Origin: Laetmonice hystrix | Taxonomy: Eukaryota | Reading direction: 5' to 3' | NCBI GenBank assembly: GCA_965235115.1 | Contig: OZ249443.1 | Location: 15,438,001-15,502,000, forward strand | Length of the DNA: 64,000 nt | In this document: positions 49,066 to 62,000 of the stretch, piece after piece | Layout of the letters: each line of letters opens with the position of its first letter | Position numbering within the stretch: position 1 is the first letter of the stretch | The notes under the pieces: generated by a model | Database searches by the model: none | Told to the model about the DNA's origin: nothing | Seen by the model: the letters and a program-made list of their open reading frames with translations, nothing else | Position numbers and translations under genes: made by a program

Positions 49066-50671
49066 GAAAGGATCGGTCATGATGACGAAAGTAGAGAAAT
49101 GGCCAAAATCTGTACGGTAGAAATGGCCAAATCTGTGAACCAGAGACTCAGACAGACGGTAGAAATGGCCAAAAATCAGTGTGCACAAGGGGATACGGAC
49201 AGTGGTTACCCAGTGTGTGCACAGAGATCAAGTGGACGATGACAAACCAGGCCCATGATGTACACTGATCAGTGAGTCAGAGTGGGTGGTGAGGCAAGAT
49301 CTTGTGCAGTGTAAAACTGTGGCAATTATGTAAAATCATAAATACAGGTATTTTTTCAGAACTTGATACAAATAGATCAAGTTTATAGGTTGGCCGAGGT
49401 ATACGGGTAAGGCCAGATTTCTGAACAATGCCTTTTGGAGAAAATCAGTTTTGATTGTCAAATCTGGTGCGCTCAGGTGTAAAGAAGATGGTTCGTTTGA
49501 GAAAGTTGTCACATATACCGATAGAGTTGACTCAAGAGTACAAAAAAAACTGCCAAGTAAATAAGAAACAGATCTGCGAGTCTTACAGGAACGCTGCCCT
49601 TGACGGTTCGAGCCTATAGCACATATTTTGCCCCGAATGGCTTCGCCAATCGGATGTTAGAGGTTGGAACTTTATGTAATGGTACATGCATGGTTTAGTG
49701 ATATGTTACAAGTATACAGCATACAGACATTTATATCGTAGACTCAATCAATGGATGGTTACTGAGGGATTTTTAATACCTTGAATACGTGAAAAGGGGG
49801 AAACGCTACAGAGAGAGATTGTATATCACTTCATATGTACATATGGACCATATCATATATTCCTGTGACATATTTTATATCTACATTAGCTCATGTGTGT
49901 AATGGGACGATTACGTAAGTGAAAGTTGAATACTCGCGACATGCTCGCTCATGCCCATTTATTTAAGCAAGATGTAGTAACCCCCAAAACTTTAGCAACT
50001 TTTTTCTCTTATGCGTGTGAATGTTTCATTGTCATAATTCCGATTTCTATTCAGTTCTGAATTTGGTAAATACATTGTGATAGGAAAAAGTTGCCCTTGC
50101 TGAGGCTCTACTCAGACAGTTTTTTATTTTGCAAAAATTCTCTAACAGAACTTTACGAAATTTATGGATTTTTTTCACCTGCATGAGAAAAACGTAGTTT
50201 GGTACAGTGTTTGTGATATAAAATCAGAAATTTCACAGGTACCAAACGTTAGAATGATGGCAGTATGGGCACCGTCTCAATCATGTATACCTGCAACTGG
50301 TGTAGAATTTCTGTGATATTTTCTTTTGACGATTCAAATACAGAAGTGTATTAAACAATGTTCCCAAACAATGTTCCCATTTTCGTGAAAATGTTTCCAT
50401 AATAAATTTAGTATTGTATATATTGTATTGAGAAACAGTAGCTAAGATCAGTCAGAGCACAACTCGTCTAGTGCACATGGACACCGACATGTTCAGTTCC
50501 TTGTACAAAACACTGGCATCAAGTCCTTGTAAACTGTTATTAAAGTCGGCTTCCAGCTGTATACACCTCTTCAGTGCCGTCCTCTCCTCCTACTTCATCT
50601 ATTCTTGTACTCAGATGCTGATACTGAATTGCTATATCACTGTCTATATTTCGGTTTAGTCATTATACGTG

Positions 50672-51217
50672 TTATTATCCCATTCCCCCAAGAGGGGAAT
50701 GGGATTTTGAAATTGTCGATGTTAGTGTACACTATTATTATCCCATCCCCACGGAGGGGAGGGGATTTTGAAATTGTAGTTGTTAACCGTTGTAAACACT
50801 ATGTCATAACTTAGTCTTAGGCAAGACCCTTGCCTAATCAAAACTCCCTGATAGATATTCTAAATTCCCAATATGAACTTAGAAAATGGCCCCCAAAGTC
50901 CCAAAAATTTGACGTCATGACGTGACGTCACATGACGTAATGACTCAGGGTCTGACCAGACTTCGTCATGGTCAAGATGCATACCAAGTTTGGTTGAGAT
51001 ATCTTGAAAAAACGACCGAGTTATGATATACTGTTTACAACGGTTAACAACTACAATTTCAAAATCCCATCCCCTCCGTGGGGATGGGATAATAATACAG
51101 AAGACGAAACCGCACAATTTCGAAATCCCATCCCCTCCGTAGGGGATGGGATAATAATACAGAAGACGAAACCACACAATTTGAAAATCCCATCCCCTCC
51201 GTAGGGGATGGGATAAT
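50672..51217. mobile_element. Inverted, partly duplicated non-autonomous element fragments with GC-rich stem-loops (Helentron/DINE-1-like)
   Basis: About 64-bp near-perfect inverted repeats (about 50735-50798 and 51033-51096); five copies of the CCCATCCCC-N5-GGGGATGGG hairpin, the first two degenerate. The family assignment is inference. Confidence 0.55.
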
Positions 51218-51788
51218 GAGAACCTATAGGCTAATGATTTGAAACAAGAACGACACTATATTTATTCTACCAAAAGCTTCGTAGGGTAGCCCACATTAGG
51301 TCTACCTGCTATGCCCATATTACCTGACCTTTCCCAGGGACCAAGAAACAGTTTCGACAGTGGGGGGGGGGGGGAGGCTGCAGTTTGGGATGGCCCGCAA
51401 ATACCTAGGGCCTACTATTGGAGATTTTTTTATTTAAAAAAACTTGTATTAAAAAAAAGGGCTTTCAGAAAAAAAGGGGCCTGAAGCCCCCCCCCCCCCC
51501 CCCCCGCTTCCGCGGTCCCTGTGCTTACCCTATAGCCTATAGATCTAGGCTGAAACGTTACTTAGGCCTATAGTCCCGGTTTTGCGTGTCCTAAAATAGG
51601 CTACTGTAATCGTGGTAGGCCTAATCAGGTTCAATCTCTCACGTGGGCCTACGTCATCTGTATCAGCTAGGCCCCTATATCATACCGATCCATTGTATTT
51701 TCGGATCTTTAAAGCTTAGAAGTAGGCTATAGGCCTACACTGTAATGCCCTTGGTAATACATACATGTACCTTCACTTTATGCCAGAC

Positions 51789-51862
51789 TGGTTCCAGAAC
51801 CCGTCGCTAGAGGTGGCGAGAAACGCCCCTTTTTTGTCACCTAGCGACGGAATCGGGAACCA
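51789..51862 (+). ncRNA. Candidate microRNA-precursor-like hairpin
   Basis: 21-bp upper stem (three G-U pairs, 2-nt bulge) plus about 12-bp lower stem and 6-nt loop; no match to any miRNA I recognise. Confidence 0.3.
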
Positions 51863-53638
51863 ATCGACACTCGACAATAATGGTAAGAAGTTGGTCTGTT
51901 TTCTACATATAGGACTATAATGCCTTTTACATTTAGTGTAAATCTTGTATACTGGCCGGTGAAACAGTACGCCCTGCATAGATTGTACTTTATCTGGGTT
52001 TTTTTCAATAGGCCTACTCTTTCAATAAGTATCAACATCTCTTTTACAACACGTTCTTATAGTCACATCGCAAGGTAGGCTACAATGCCAGTAAACCTAA
52101 TTCTAGGTCTCCTTCACGAATGATAAATTGAGTAGGCCCTATTATATTTAGACCTAAGAAGCGTTGTGAGTATAACATAACGATAAATAATATAAACGGT
52201 CGTTGTTCTAATGTCGCTATGTAGAATATAATGTCCTTTGATTGTGCCAATCCTACCAAATAACGGAACAATTTATTTATAATAGGAATATCCTTCCATA
52301 GGGTAATATTCTTGCACGTCTATACAAGTGTGCATCTGGAAAGTGGTAATTTACTAACCATACAGTGTCGTAAACAATGATCTACACATAGGCCTACTTA
52401 TCAATGGAGCATGCATGGAATTCTCGGCTTGTTTACGTAATATTCGCTATAATGTGTAGAGCGTATCCACCAAAGGACTACCGCGGGAAAAAATAAATGA
52501 ATGAATAAATAAATAAATAAATAAAATCTCAATATCATATGATATAGGCTAATAGTTGCTGTAAAATGCAGTATTGTTTCATCTTTTCTTTTTTATGACA
52601 GACCTGTCTAATCCATTCCGCTTTTAGACTCTTTTAGCTGATAACTCTAAATTTTCTGTAATCAGAGTAACAGGTGGTCAGCCGTTAATATATATAGGCT
52701 AAAGCTGAGTTAATGAATGATAAAAACACTAATAGACAACATGCACGGGTATGTGTGTCCCTTATACATGTACATTACAAAAAAATAATTATCGGAAATA
52801 TGATATTTTTAACAGTCCTTACAGCTAATAACATTTTCTAACTAAAAATATACAGTCAACAGTTTGTCCATTCATCTGCGAATATATAAAATTACCTGCA
52901 TTAAATATGCCATTATTAGAATTCTTGAATGAATATACAGTCTGTAGTATAGGCCTACTATATGTATAGATCTACGAATCTAGAAAGGGTAGAAAACTCA
53001 TGAAAGGTTAAAGGCACATTACACGGAAATTCTGTACTTATTAAAGGCCTATTATTTATAATCTTAGAAGGGAAGAAATCCTTGATTCTTGTCATGTAAT
53101 GAACAACTGCATAGACAGTTATTTAAGATTAGCCATAAAAGGCAGGCATAAAGGGGGGGAGATCAAATTGATTATAAGCAAACCTAGAGTTAACCTAGGC
53201 CTGTTAAGAAGCATAGGGGCAATTCACACTGACACGACTGATGGCTATATAGAGCTCTCTATAATTCGTAGAATAGGCCTAAATCGCAAAAAAAAAACCC
53301 ACGGAATTCGACTACGAATTCGTGACCAGCATAGTAGTGGATGGATTCTCGCAGAAAAGAAAAACGAAAAAAGCTCATAGAAACACCTGCGAACTTTGTA
53401 AATCTAATAGCCTACAAATTCAAATTTCTAAAAAGGTTAATTCAATGCGACTAGAACGGTTCAGTGTGATTGCCCCCTCACTTGGTCACTTGCGATCGTT
53501 AGGCCTATAGACTCTAGGCGTGATTCGTTGGAGGCTATAATGTTTAGGCCCTATAATCGTTATAAAAACTCCCAAACATGTCAGAAAGCAAAGTGTGAGG
53601 CCTAATTTAGTAGGCTAAAGTCCTATAATATTATATCC

Positions 53639-53847
53639 GCAGACGCAGCACAACACGTTGCAGCACGTAGGGGGGGGGCTAATTTAATCGCTCCAATAGT
53701 TTTTCAATGGTATCATGCACACTGCTGCAGCGCAATGCGTGCAGCAAAAATCGCTCCTCAATACGACTCTGGCGGAATGCTGCGTTCGTCTGCAACTTGA
53801 TACTTTTGCTGCAACGCGCTGTGCTGCGTCTGTGTGTATGTGGCCTT
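53639..53847. mobile_element. Probable truncated MITE
   Basis: Inverted ends cagacgcagcac...gtgctgcgtctg; the right end continues tgtgtatgtggcctt. Confidence 0.4.
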
Positions 53848-54135
53848 TAGATCTACTCTATTTTAACTAGTGAGGTGGAGAATGCATAGACTATCACCTT
53901 CAACAGATGCCAATTAGGCCTAATATTATTTGTAGGCCGAGATGAACTGTGAACGCTGATTTTAGTAGCCCCTTTATCCAGATGAAAGTTCTTTATCTTT
54001 CCACTTTCGGAGAAAAAAGAACGTGACATTCAGTGCATGGGGGTGTTTCCCTAATATGGTTGGTTGGGAAAGGAGGGGGGCACCTCATGGTCGCCCCTTG
54101 ACCCACATGTTGCTGTCACTCCGCCGGAGTCCGAC

Positions 54136-54391
54136 TCAGCGAGACCTCAGGCAGAGCGTCTCCATGAGACTGCCGCATACGCCGCCAGGGGGCGGTGCTG
54201 ATGATGCCTCCTGCATATAGTTGGCGCCAGTCGCCATGGTGGGGTCGGGGCCTGTGACGAGGGCCTGGTCCTGTCCGGAATGCAGTGAGCGGTCGGGCCC
54301 GTCGGCGGGTACCCCTCCCCCCTCCGGTAGAGACGGGTCGGGTCCGCTAGCCAGGCCTTCCTCCGGACCCTTGTGGGGCAGATACTCATGT
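54136..54391 (-). CDS. Alternative last exon (isoform B) of the CUE/Gly-Pro-repeat gene
   Basis: Acceptor ttttttcag|A in phase 2, matching the 60545 donor; HEYLPHKGPEEGLASGPDPSL...GPDRSL...GPDPTM...RSR*, homologous to exon 59248-59044. Confidence 0.65.
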
Positions 54392-55250
54392 CTGAAAAAA
54401 AACATCGCACGGTTGCGTTTCTGTCAACAATATCTGCACAATTAGGATCATCTTGTATAAAAAATAAATATTAAGTAGGCCTAGGCCCAGAATCTAGGCC
54501 TAGGCCTTAATATGGTAGAAGAAACCAATAAAATAGCCTACATTTATGTGCCTCCAAATAGTTTACTATATTGGTGGGCACGACCCCAACAGGTTCACCA
54601 CTTTTGGGCAATCCCTTTCAAATAGTTTGGTGAGAAAGTCTAAAGGCCCTGACAATTAGGCCTAGGCCTAATTAATGTTACTGGTTCGTAATTCATAGCG
54701 CTTACCTACACATGTAGGCCTACCAGGGACGGACTGTGCTCACATTTTCGAAAACACGGCGGGGGGGGGGGGGGGGGGTCTGGGTAACGGAGGGGGGGGG
54801 GGGCGATTCGAGCTGGGTCAGTTGAGAGTTGACAATTTGATTAGGCCTACCCCTCCCCGATCCGCCATTGTATATAGTTTTCATATTTATATCTTTTTGA
54901 AACCCAACATGTAGACACTGGCGCCACCTTCTGTTTGTTAACAGAACTGATAGCCACCTACCGGTGGGGGTACACTACTAAAGACTTGATATCTGAGGGC
55001 AGGCCCAGTCTCGGTCCCAGTCCCAGTCCCAGTCTGGATGATCGAGACTGAGGGCAGGCCCAGAAAATATTCACTGTCCTCTAGCGAGAGCGGTTCAAAC
55101 TAAATGAAAAACATGGAAGAAGGACTGACATCGAGTCATTTATAGTCTTTAATTCTCACGATAAGTTCCCTATTGATAATAAGTGTTAATGCTGTAGATG
55201 TATCTCGTTCTATTATACGCGTTGTATCATAAAAGTATACTTCCCTCTAT

Positions 55251-56183
55251 AGGTATAGTCCTATACCATAGGTTATAATATGGTCCCAGACCATAGGTTA
55301 TAGTCCCAGACCATAGGTTATAGTCCCAGACCATAGGTTATAGTCCCAGACCATAGGTTATAGTCCTATACCATAGGTTATGGTCCTAGACCATAGGTTA
55401 TAGTCCTATACCATAGGTTATGGTCCTAGACCATAGGTTATAGTCCCAGACCATAGGTTATAGTCCCAGACCACAGGTTATAGTCCCAGACCACAGGTTA
55501 TAGTCCCAGACCATAGGTTATAGTCCCAGACCATAGGTTATAGTCCCAGACCATAGGTTATAGTCCCAGACCATAAGTTATAGTCCCAGACCATAGGTTA
55601 TAGTCCCAGACCATAGGTTATAGTCCCAGACCATAGGTTATAGTCCCAGACCACAGGCTATAGTCCCAGACCATAGGTTATAGTCCCACACCATAGGTTC
55701 TAGTCCCACACCATAGGTTATAGTCCTAGACCATAGGTTATGGTCCTACACCATAGGTTATGGTCCTAGACCATAGGTTATGGTTCTAGACCATAGGTTA
55801 TATAATATAGTCCTAGACCATGTTTTGGTCCCAGACCATAGGTTATGGTCCCAGACCGGTCCCAGACCATAGGTTATGGTCCCAGACCATAGGTTATAGT
55901 CCTAGACCATAGGTTATGGTCCTACACCATAGGTTATGGTCCCAGACCATAGGTTATGGTCCCAGACCGGTCCCAGACCATAGGTTATGGTCCCAGACCA
56001 TAGGTTATAGTCCTAGACCATAGGTTATAGTCCCAGACCATAGGTTATGGTCCTAGACCATAGGTTATAGTCCCAGACCATAGGTCCCAGACCATAGGTT
56101 ATAGTCCCAGACCATAGGTTATAGTCCCAGACCATAGGTTCTGGTCCTAGACCATAGGTTATTGTTCTAGACCATAGGTTATA
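55251..56183. repeat. 20-bp minisatellite, about 46 copies, between the two alternative last exons
   Basis: Unit tagtcccagaccataggtta with variants. Confidence 0.95.
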
Positions 56184-59043
56184 GCGGGTGGGCATGAAAA
56201 AAACAAGCTTCTTAAAATTTACAAAAATGAACATACACGTAGTTGTAATAATGTCCTACATAGTTTTACTTGAACAGGTGGTCAATTAGGCACACTTTTA
56301 ACTTGCGAGACATTTAACGTCTAAACATTTAAAGGGTTTTTTTTCTATGCCCACCCTATATTATCATTGACAACATATCAACCCGGGTATTATACCAAGC
56401 ACCACAACAAGTGACAAGATGATTTTTGAGAAGTTCTAACACAGGAGCGTCGGAAGCTATTCTGAAGTTGGCGAGAAATGATAATCTTCTGGAATCTTCA
56501 TGTCAGGAACTGAATTTATTATTGACCTTATAAAGTCCAGCAGGTTAAGTTTAAGTCTATACACATAGTGACATAGCTTGATGGAAGAGACAGGTCCTGT
56601 CAAGTCCCCACGACCCTGTAAGAGTAGGCCTATTCTACAGATCTCTACATAAACTTTGACTAGAACATGGTACAAGCTCACATCTGCCAATACCGATTTA
56701 TTATCTATGCCATGACATAATATTCAGATCTCTTACACTGACGGAAGGCGTATACACATCAGTCCTAGGACACAGACGTTCAGTGGATATTTGTTAGATA
56801 AACCTGTCAGAATTCAACAACTTGGGGTCAGACCCAGCATTTCTCAAGTCGGAGGGTGTGTGGGGGGGGGGGGGAGCAGTGCAAATCAATCGATGTCTCC
56901 CAATCCTTAAGCCTACTACCAATATAATCTCAATTATTTGTATCAAGCAAAAAGAAAAAAAAAGAAAATAAAAGAGGATGGGGGCAGCCCTCCAGGACCG
57001 CCTCCTTATATCCAGGCGGCTGACAAGACTGTGTAGAGTCCGGTAGCTGACATATTACACTGTAGTTGTACCAACCCGAGCTGACACTGAGCAAACACCA
57101 CTGACTTCCTCAGATTTTAGTGCTTACACATCACAAACTCAAGTCTATGAAATCTGAGTGTTATTATATTCAAGCTGTTTAAATTAAAGTAACCATGACA
57201 ATATAATCCCTATACTGACGAGAATTTAAACCAATCATATTACTTGGAATCTGACAGGTTTCTACTTAGCGATCCTTTTTCCAGTCCACATTTCATCCTT
57301 TTCTTTTTTTGGCAATGCAACTTTACACAGTATTATACTTATATTTGGTGTATAATTTCAACAATAGTTCTAACAATTTATAATTCTAACAATTTATGAA
57401 AAACAGTATAGTTTTCCAACACGACAAAGTACAAAGAGTGACATTGGCTATCATAGAAGCTGATCCTATATATTATTCCCCAAGATGACTTTGGTTAAGA
57501 TTATCAGCAGTGTCCCTAAAATATGTTCTCGCCTTCCTCCCCAACGCCCAACTTTTCAAACTCACTAATATGATGTAGCAACATTAAGCTTTATGTGTCT
57601 AGAATCATTAAAATATTTTTTTATCACGTACCATCCTTATACAGTAACAAACAAAAGACGACAATGACTAGACCAAGTCTACGTGAATACACAATTCAAC
57701 ACTCTTCAGCATTTAAAAACCCCTCAAGGCAAACACATATAAATCTCGACTTGTATCTTTCATTTTTCAGTACCATCATTAATTACAACAAATTCAAGCC
57801 TTTTTCCTCAAACTTTAAGGCAGCACCCCCTTACATTAGCGAGTATGTACAGCTTTCTTCATGTCGGACTTTCCATCCTCTGTAAAAACTATCACATGCA
57901 AGGTAAGGTACAACACATAAATAGCTTTATTCATATCACTAGCGTATGTAGGAACTTCTATTTTTATAACCTATAAGTAAGTATTCATTCGCCACAACAC
58001 CTACCATAATCATTAATACTTCAAGTCCGGTCGTATTTTTAAAATGTCCTCCTCCCACGGCACACACATTGTCACACTATGAGGCAGCAATATGGATCAT
58101 ATCCCATTCAATTAGCATCCTACAACTACTCTTAACAACACAAAGATATATTGGTTACCTTCACGAAAAAATACAGACGGAAACCAAATTAGGAGAAAGT
58201 GTTTCTCAGTTGAACGACTAGAAAGACTTGTTTTAAAGAGGCACAGTATAGACTTTCCTCAACCCTTAACTTGCCCCAAAATGGTGGCCTCCAATGACTA
58301 CAAACATCCATCATTTTTCATCGATTTCTGAAACGCTGGGGGGGGGGGGTATCTTGGAGATAGACAACACCCGTTTCATAGTAGTTCTACTCTAAGTATC
58401 CACTAGGTGGTTCATGATGTGGGCAAGCCTATACAGAGCCCCTTTAATATGCAGACATCTCATACTCTTCCGAATTAGGCATCTTGCCGAAATTCTACCA
58501 CAACCAGGGCAATTCTCTACTCATTACCCCCCTGAAGTCGGGAATGAGCATTTTTTAGGGGGGCACCAAAAAAGTTTGCAAGAATAGTCCGTGGAAGGAA
58601 GAGACCAGCATGGCAGGACATGTACGTACACTCCTGACGTCATTGAATCCAATCGATGAGACAGCATACACTATCATGCTTTCATCCTACATGGCACTTA
58701 ATACCTCACCCTAACTGACACAAATGATAGAAAAATAGAGCACAAGGAATGCATGATCAGAATGAGCGGCTTTAAGTCTCTAATTTAGAATCTTGAATTA
58801 TGATGTTGAGGTAGAAATCTTTAGATAAGTCAAGGTTCCAAGCTGAGACTGAGTCCACTTTGAGCTTACATCTGGACGAAACATGAAACATCTCTAGGAT
58901 TATAATCTGTAGCACGATTCCCTTACAAGAGCTTAATTACGAGAGCTGGTCTTTGTAAGAGTTTAGAGATTCTACCTTCTGTCTATTTGTGTAGAAACAG
59001 AGAGCGAGAGCGAATGACAAAAAGATCTGTTACTTTGGATAAA

Positions 59044-62000
59044 TTACACATTAGCCACGATGGCTCGGGCACAGCGTGTTGGACCGTAGTAAAAGTCTGT
59101 GTTAGTGCCGCATCGATTGTTACCGTCTGGGCCAAGGTGTAGGGAGCGGGCTGGGCCCAAGGCTTGTTTGCTAGGGCCCGTGTAGAGGGCCTTGTTGGGT
59201 CCCTTACGAATAGCCAGGTTGGGCCCACGAGACGGCATATAGTCATCGCTGAAACACCCACACAAACAGAAAATAAGCATCACAACATGCACGCAAAACA
59301 AACAACCCAAAAAAAGAACTTAAAACAGCTGACGTCATTTACAGCGAGTGTTGAAAAAAGGATTTCCTTGAAATGTGAAGGACGTCACGAAATAAAGACG
59401 TTTCTTACGTGTAAAAAATGAGGAAGTGATCACACTTATCACACACCCTTCTAGAATATTGAAAAGTTCATGATCATGCAGTTAATAAAAAAATAATTCT
59501 TCTCCTTACAGCAGAACTTTGTCACTCAGAACTCTACCTGACAATTTCAACCACTTTAACTTGTTTCACTTACTTACTACTTGACTACCTAAACAAATAT
59601 ATAAACACCAAAAAACCCAATAAAACAATGTATCACACAAATATTTTAAGTCCTAAACACAGTAACATAAAGCCTGAATAAAACGGTAAAACTGAACTAA
59701 AGCTAACTACTCTAAGATGGCATAAACAAATTTATTGGACCTACAGCACACTGGTGGTCTGTTTCAGCGAACGTACTTTCAATTCTCGTCTATATTTTAG
59801 AACTGTGAGATGAGGGACTGTGGTATTTGTTTTTTCTAGGTACACATTTTTTATAGTCTTCTGATGTCCTGTATCTATCTGAGAGATTATCAGCACTTGG
59901 GTAAAATCATACTGATTGTCACATCAAGATTTGTCACAAGCTAGCAGCCTCAGAAATAAATTAAAGTAAGACCTGGCACCATTCTCCATATAATTTTTGT
60001 TTGTTTGTATTTTTTAGTAATTTTTACAGGACTAAAATCCAGGAATCTTACCAATGCCTATTAAAAAATTGTATTTCTTTGCTTCTTTCGTTTTAATCTA
60101 TGATTCAGTTATATGGTCAAAATATTGTATAGAATATTAATTATGCATATTTTGGTCACTTTCCCATGAACTGGTTGTTGAGTTAACAGACAAGTACTCC
60201 GTCATCCATCCCTCAATGAGTCTATGAGTGATGGATGCTGCTGTGTTGTTGATTAAAAAGACCAGAATGAACCAGCCAACAAAATGATGTAAGGAAGTGT
60301 ACTGAATGTACCAGTTCCCATAGAGGAGTTAAGTGGGGAATGGAGGGCAGTAAGAACTGGAAATAACTACTTAGGACTGAGACACAGGACTAAGGTTGAA
60401 GCAGCTGCAGATGTAGGAGCCACTGCAGCAGAAATCAAATTAGCAACAGCAGCAAGAAAAGAAGTACCAAAGCTTCATTGAACATTCAATATCTAAATGC
60501 TTATTGTCTTTTTTATTCCAAAAGTGTAATAAATGTAGACTCACATGAGAAGTGATCGATTGGGTCCCTTGGGTGCGTCTGGGTCAGGGCCACTTGGTGT
60601 GGTAAGGCTTGCTGAGACGTACGAGGAGCCGCCGCTTCTAGACGTAGATGGTACGGGACGCTGGCCTCTCGCCTGCTGGTGGCTCGTCTGCACACGTTTC
60701 CCAGGTGATCTAAAACATTAAATGGAAACACAACTCTACACATAATCTCAGCTACCATTTAACTAAAATCCTTATGACTTGCTGACCAAATAAAAAACAT
60801 TTTTACTTGAAATGTTAAATGTCAGACCCCATTAAGTGAAAATGGTGAAAATGGCAAGCTGATGTTTCTAGAAAATGGGCTGGCAATCTGAGGCATTGGC
60901 ATCAAAGCTACGTACCCTGATCTAAACTGGCGGGTCCTCGGTGTCAGAGACGGAGTGGTGCTGCGAACCATCTCGTTCACCGTCATGCTGAAAACCAAGG
61001 ACGTTCAGGTAACATGATTGTGCACATCATTTTTCTTGTCTGATAAAAATAAATACTCACAGAGAGATGAGAAAGATATTTGATGAAAAAGACACGATGT
61101 TATATCTAAGAAGCTAAGTTATTTAACCTTGTGTAAGATGGTTTTGGGGTAGTGTCAGGGAAGGTGAAGATGTTTGATGAGACACTGCTTGTGGTCGTCA
61201 GTGGTGAAGTTGTGGTGCGTGGTGACGTAGAACGACGTCCTTCGCTATCCACAGACAGACCCATCCTGAAACCAAAGAACTTTACTCATACATCTCATGA
61301 AGTTCAATTGTTGTTGTGTTGTTTTTTGTTTTTTTTTTTGGGGGGGGAGGGTGAGAACATGCTCATGCTGAACAAATAATATCAAGACAGCTAAATTCAC
61401 CTACAATTGAGGCGAGCTGTAAAGTTATACAAGTAATTTCATATCCATACTTTTCCTGGATTTTACCAACATAAAACCTACACATATGCTACTATAATCA
61501 AAACAATGATTTATAAAGTTATAAACAGTGACCTCGAAACGATCTGCTTGGCCTGCTGGGTTGTGGCCATTGATTGGATGAGGGTCCGTGCACGACCCTC
61601 ATCATAGTGACACACGTCAAGGGCCATATCCAACGTCGTGGATGTCTGATCTGGGAACTCGGCTGCCATCTTCTCCTTCACTGAAAACAATTTAGAAAAG
61701 TGCAAGGGTTTTCAGCAGAACACAAGCAAAGATTTCGATAAGAGAAGTCTGACCTATACAATTTAACTCAAGAATGCCCTGTGAAGCTTAAAGTCAGCAA
61801 ATTTGATGCATACGTTTCTTTTTCTCGGTGGCTGTCAGTTCTCGGGGTGACGGGGCACGATGCGTATCTTGTTTTGGCGCGAGTGCCGTTTGTCTTGGCG
61901 TGCTTGTCCCAGCAGCTCCAGTAGGACGGGGAGAGTAGGAACGCTTTGGTGACCGTGACCCTTGACCTCTAACTGAGCCCGACGCCCGGCTAAGGGAGTT

